42,133 nucleotides of DNA from Fimicolochytrium jonesii (taxonomy: Eukaryota). Under the pieces are notes generated by a model that saw only the letters and a list, made by a program, of their open reading frames with translations, had not been told where the DNA came from and ran no database searches. Positions 36,901 to 42,133 of the stretch are shown piece after piece (within the stretch, counting starts at the first letter, position 1; each line of letters opens with the position of its first letter). The translations under genes and the position numbers were made by a program. The stretch covers positions 372,001 through 414,133 of the forward strand of contig NW_026515696.1 in NCBI RefSeq assembly GCF_025526975.1, given 5' to 3'.

Positions 36901-37804
36901 TGGCCCACAGTTCAACTCCCACTTCTGGAAACGTCTCTTCGCTCTCCTGGGAACCAAGGTCAACCTCTCATCGGCGTTCCATCCCCAGAGCGATGGACAA
37001 ACCGAGCGGACCAATCAGATTCTTGAGCAATACCTTCGCTGCTTTTGCAACTATCAACAAGATAACTGGAAGGAACTCTTGTCTTCTGCTGAGTTCTCTT
37101 ACAATAACACCATCCACTCCGCCACCCAGACAACCCCCTTCTACGCCAACTATGGGTTCCATCCTCGATTCAGTCTGGCTTCCGCCACCACAACCGAATC
37201 CCTTAATCCTGCAGCCGAAGCTCGTGCCAATCATCTCAAGGAAATCCATGAACAGCTTGCCACTGAGCTCAAGGAGGCCCAAGGACGCATGAAGCGCTTT
37301 GCCGATGCTAAGAGGGCACCTGGCCCAGACATGAAACCCGGGGACAGTGTCTGGCTCTTACAGCGGAATCTCAAGACTCTCCGACCTTCCCAGAAACTTG
37401 ATCACCGTAAGATTGGCCCCTTCACAATCACGGAGAAGATCAACTCGGTCACATATCGCCTCAAGCTTCCCCCATCCTACAAAATTCACAACGTCTTCCA
37501 TGTCTCCCTTCTTGAACCACGTTTCACCATTCCGGAGCGAACTGAGCCAGAACCCACCCCACCAGAAGAAGTCGAAGGACAGGAGGAATGGATTGTGGAA
37601 GACATTCTTGACTCCCGTATTCGACGCACGCACCTTCAGTACCTCATCAAGTGGCAGGGTTGGCCAAGCTCGGAGAACACATGGGAGCCAGTGGAACACC
37701 TTGCCCGCTGTCAAGAGCTTGTTGCCCAGTTCCACCAAAAGTACCCCGACAAACCCCGACCAAAGCCTGCCAACATCAAAACAACATCCGGACGCCGTGG
37801 CTAA
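33960..37804 (+). pseudogene. pol: Pol, unit 2 (disrupted)
   Basis: PR/RT/RH/IN/chromodomain. 8-bp deletion at ~35171, TGA at 35251, and indels at ~36149, ~36350, ~36636 and ~37780. Confidence 0.92.
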
Positions 37805-37816
37805 AGGAGGGGGTGA

Positions 37817-38346
37817 TGTTATGGACGACGCGTCCATACCATGCGCTTACCTCATGACAGCATCCCAACAGTCAGTCAATGTCAATTCCCTGTCAAAACC
37901 TGACATCTGCCAAACCTCGCAGCCGCACGCAGCCGCGCTACCCCACACCTGCCACTGCCTTCATTTCTCCACGCAGCCGCACGTAGCCACACCTCCCAAC
38001 ACTCGGCGCTTACAAACCCTTCTCCATACTTCCCCACGTACCCGCCCACAGCCTCAGCGTAGCCACCCCATCCCCAGTCTTCTGTTTCTATGCTTCCCCA
38101 CCCTTGGCGCTTCTCTTGGCTTCCCTCTCATTCCGTACCCTTCTGCTTCCCCACGCTTCCCCAGCCTTCCCAGAAAAGCATAAATAGCTGCCTCCCCTGA
38201 GCTCCCCACTTCCTGATCCCCCAGCAGATCAACACCAGTTCTTCCTAGTCTTGTTCTAGTTCTTGTTTCGGTCTGAATACCATTACCTGTCAACAACCTG
38301 CACCACAAGTCGCCTCTATTTCCGTCGGCTCCGCCCATTCATAACA
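37817..38346 (+). repeat. LTR 3, shared by units 2 and 3
   Basis: Same termini, with the PPT before and the PBS after. Confidence 0.95.
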
Positions 38347-38397
38347 GTTTGATCTGCTCAACAACCCCCAGCCGCTGTGCCTCCACGCCAAATCACC

Positions 38398-39324
38398 ATG
38401 TCCGACGCCCTTCCCCTCACGGCCGAAGCCTGGCAAGCCATGTGCAATGCGATTGACGAACTTCGAGCGCAGAATACCACCCTACAAGCCGAACTAGCGC
38501 AAACCCAGACCACTGCCCCTGCCACTCACGCCCCCGAACCCAAAATCAGTCTCCCAGACAAATTTGATGGCACCGGAAGCAAGTTCCGTGGGTTCCTCAA
38601 CCAGATCCGGCTCATGTTCGCCCTCCAACCCAGGCGCTACCCCAACGATCAGACCAAGATACGAACTATTGGCACCTACCTCACTGGCACCGCCCAGGCC
38701 TGGCTGGCGCCCCTTGTCGAACAAGACCATCATTCCCTTACGAACCTGGATGATTTCATCCAGCAAATGCAAGCAGTCTTTGGAGACAGCGACAGGATCC
38801 GCACGTCCGAAAACAAGCTCCAGAACCTTCGACAAACCCGTGCAGCAACAGAGTATGTAGCTGAATTCCGACAGCTGCAATGCGATGTGTCGTGGAATGA
38901 CCAGGCATTGATTGCCACCTTCCGTCGCGGCCTCAAAGAAGACGTCAAGGACTTAATGCTCACGATGCCCCCTACCGCCTCAATCGACACCGTGATGGAA
39001 CAGGCCATCCAATGTGACAACCGATTGTTTGAGCGCCGTCTAGAGCGAAGCAGGAACCGACAGCCATATGTGCCAGTTACCACTAGCCCCACCCTCATGA
39101 GCCCCGACAACCGCCCAGACGACCCTATGGTCATTGACGCTGCTCGTCCGCGAGGACCCCTCACACGGCTAGAGCGCCAACACCGCATCACAAACAAACT
39201 TTGCCTCTATTGTGGTAAACCTGGCCACATAGCCAAACTCTGCCCAAACAAGATACGCACGGCGAATGTCGCGGTTAAGGAACCTGCACCCATCCAGGAT
39301 TTTGCCCAAGTCCAGCTGCAGTAA
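38398..39324 (+). CDS. gag: Gag, unit 3
   Basis: Intact ORF, near-identical to unit 2. Confidence 0.9.
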   Translation: MSDALPLTAEAWQAMCNAIDELRAQNTTLQAELAQTQTTAPATHAPEPKISLPDKFDGTGSKFRGFLNQIRLMFALQPRRYPNDQTKIRTIGTYLTGTAQAWLAPLVEQDHHSLTNLDDFIQQMQAVFGDSDRIRTSENKLQNLRQTRAATEYVAEFRQLQCDVSWNDQALIATFRRGLKEDVKDLMLTMPPTASIDTVMEQAIQCDNRLFERRLERSRNRQPYVPVTTSPTLMSPDNRPDDPMVIDAARPRGPLTRLERQHRITNKLCLYCGKPGHIAKLCPNKIRTANVAVKEPAPIQDFAQVQLQ

Positions 39325-42133
39325 AGGCCGAGCAGCTGGGCAACACCTGTCCCTGGGCCTTCTCACCATGCAAGTACTGCCAAGGGAGAAGCCACAAAAC
39401 CTTGCTCCGATCCTGGCATCTCCAGCAACACCCTTCTCCTGACCACCAACAATGTCAATCTCCGATCTGAGATACCCTCACCCATGCGGATTTTGGGCCC
39501 ATCCTCACCATTTGAGTACCCTGTTACCCTGCAGATATCGGCCCAGCGAGCTCCAGTTCAGCTTTCAGCACTACTTGACACCGGTGCGATGTCGTGCTTC
39601 ATCGACGAAAGTTATGCCCGCAAGCACCGCATCCCACTTGTCAAGAAGGAGGACCCCATTGCGCTTGAACTGGTTGACGGACGTCCCAGCCATGCGGGCT
39701 CCATTACCCATCACACCCAACCTTTGGGCATGTGGGTCAACGACCATTTTGAGGAGGTGGTATTCCATGTGACATGTTCCCCGCATGCGCCAATCATCCT
39801 GGGGCTTCCCTGGTTTGAGCTCCATGATGTGGAGCTACACTGGAAGACTCGCACTCTTTGCGTCCGCTGCCATTGCGGTTTTGGACAATACGCCTCCTGG
39901 GATGCCCTGCCAACAGAACCTAGCCCGAAGCCCTCAAGAACCCCTGAACCTCTGATCCGTATCCATCAAGACGAGATTTCAGTCTCCCTAGCCCAGACAC
40001 CCAACACACTGGACCCAGCACCCACACCGATCCACGTATCGTTTATCAGCGCCCCAGCTTTCCGTGTGGCGGCAAGGCATGACCAGGCATTCATTGCCTA
40101 CGCCAATCCGACCAAGTCAGATTCCCAAGCCCTGGCGACCACTCCTCCAAAAGATCCGAAGGCCATCATTCCTGAAGAATACCAAGATTTTGCGGACGTC
40201 TTCGCCAAGAAGAACGCGGATACCCTCCCAGAGCACCGACCCTACGACTGTCCCATCGACTTAGAAGAGGGCAAACAGCCACCGTTCGGCCCGATCTATA
40301 GTCTCAGCGAGCCTGAAATGCAGGCACTCTGTGACTACCTTGAAGAGAACCTAGCTAAGGGGTTCATCAAGCACTCCAAGTCTCCCGCCGGTGCCCCAGT
40401 CCTCTTTGTCAAGAAAAAGGACGGTTCCCTCCGTCTGTGCGTCGACTATCGTGGACTCAACAATATCACCATCAAGAATCGCTATCCCTTGCCCTTGATT
40501 AACAGCATCATGGATCGTCTTCGAGGGGCACGCCGGCTCACCAAGATTGACCTCCGGGGAGCCTACAACCTTCTTCGGATCCGGCCAGGGGATGAATGGA
40601 AGACAGCGTTCCGATGTCGCTACGGCCTATTCGAGTATAATGTCATGCCGTTTGGGCTCACCAATGCCCCTGGAGTATTCCAACACCTCATGAACGACAT
40701 ATTCCGTGACATTCTCGACGTTTTTGTTGTGGTCTACCTTGACGACATTCTGATCTTCTCAAAAAACCCAGAAGACCACCCCAACCACGTCCGAGAGGTG
40801 CTCTCACGACTCCGCCAGCACGGGCTGTATGCGAAACCGGAAAAATGCGAATTCAACCGTGACTCTGTTGAGTTCCTGGGGTTTATCATCTCCCAGCAAG
40901 GCATTTCCATGGACCCAAAGAAGAAGGCTGCCATTACCGAATGGGAACCCCCGACAAATGTCAAAGGCATCCAGCGCTTCCTTGGTTTTGCCAACTTCTA
41001 CCGGCGATTCATCAAAGGGTACTCTGCGATTGTTGCACCCCTGACCACGCTCACTTGCAAAGACTTGCCATTCAAATGGACCCACGCTGCACACCTAGCT
41101 TTTGAACCCCTCAAGAAAGCCTTCACCTCCGCACCTATCCTGACTCACCCCGACCCTGACAAGCCCTTCATTGTCGAATCCGATGCCTCCGACTTTGCCC
41201 TTGGCGCCGTCCTCCTTCAACCCGATGACACAGATCAACTCCACCCCGTGGCCTTTCACTCCCGCAAATTTACTCCTGAGGAAATCAACTATGAGATCTG
41301 CTATCCAAGACTCATTTGCTCAATGGCGACACCACCTCATTGGTGCCCGCCACAAGGTCATCGTTTACTGTGACAACAAGAACCGCCAGTACTTCATGAC
41401 TACCCGTACCCTCAACCGCCGCCAATCCCGCTGGTCAATCTTCTTTGCTGATTTCGACTTTGTCATCACATACCGCCCAGGTACCCAGCAACACCAAGCT
41501 GACGCCCTCTCTCGTCGCTCTGAATACGAGCTAAGGGAGGGGGAAGAAGCATTCCGCTCCCAGGAAACCACGATCCTCACCCCTGACCATCTCCGCCTGG
41601 CCGCCACTTATCTGACCCCACTGGACTCCTCGCTCCTTGACCAAATCAAAGCTGCCCTGGCATCCGATGTGTTTGCGCAAACCATCCGGCGACAGCTTAG
41701 GGCCCCCATTGCCCAGCAATCTCAAGAAGACCAAGAACGGATAAAGCGATTCTCCGAGGAAAATGGGGTTCTGCTGTACGACAACCTTGTCTACGTCCCC
41801 ACCAACAAGCTCCGTGCTGAGATCTGCCGAGACATGCATGACACGCGTTTGGCAGGACACTACGGCATGTCAAAGACCCTGGAGCTCATCTCACGCAACT
41901 ACTGGTGGCCTAGCCAATGGCGTTTTGTCAAGTCCTACATCAGGTCCTGCGACGTATGTGCTCAAGCCAAGACCAGCAGACACAAGCCCTACGGACTCCT
42001 CCAACCCCTCCAGGTCCCTGACCGCCCCTGGGGGTCAATTTCCATGGACTTCATCACGGATCTACCCACCAGTGATGGGGTTGATTCTGTGCTCGGTGTC
42101 ATCTGCCGGTTCACCAAGATGGCGCACTTTGTA
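39297..42133 (+). pseudogene. pol: Pol, unit 3 (disrupted, truncated by the window edge)
   Basis: PR-RT-RH open over 39484-41300. Extra C at ~39351 and a 17-bp deletion at ~41299. The integrase HHCC region is intact. Confidence 0.92.

Larger units (their letters stand above)
27134..42133 (+). mobile_element. Tandem array of at least three Ty3/Gypsy chromovirus (Tcn1/Tf1-sushi-like) units with shared LTRs; runs off the window
   Basis: Structure LTR-gag-pol-LTR-gag-pol-LTR-gag-pol, with periods of 5345 and 5338 bp. Domain order is PR-RT-RH-IN-chromodomain. Confidence 0.97.

Noticed and set aside
27405..41860. Numerous antisense and alternate-frame ORFs in the array
   Set aside because: They are shadows of gag-pol and LTR sequence, repeated only because the units are near-identical.

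Overview
Eukaryotic nuclear DNA. Short GT-AG introns, TTAGGG-type telomeric tracts, a dual hybrid histidine kinase and a Tcn1/Tf1-like chromovirus suggest a fungus, possibly early-diverging (inference). Left part (1-11.2 kb): degraded or unassignable ORFs, a GH30 glycosidase pseudogene, a Tc1/mariner-type MITE, GC-rich hairpins and two oppositely oriented interstitial telomere tracts. Middle (11.2-16.5 kb): relic of a Polinton/transpoviron-like endogenous viral element. It has a Maverick-type integrase C-terminus cut off exactly at a (CCCTAA)n tract, then one long frameshifted polyprotein with a putative OTU-like Cys/His domain, a divergent family-B DNA polymerase and an SF1 (Pif1/RecD-like) helicase. 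17.9-23.2 kb: an apparently intact 11-exon dual hybrid histidine kinase. 27.1 kb to the end: a head-to-tail array of at least three Ty3/Gypsy chromovirus units sharing LTRs, with a self-priming PBS and a predicted -1 frameshift pseudoknot.
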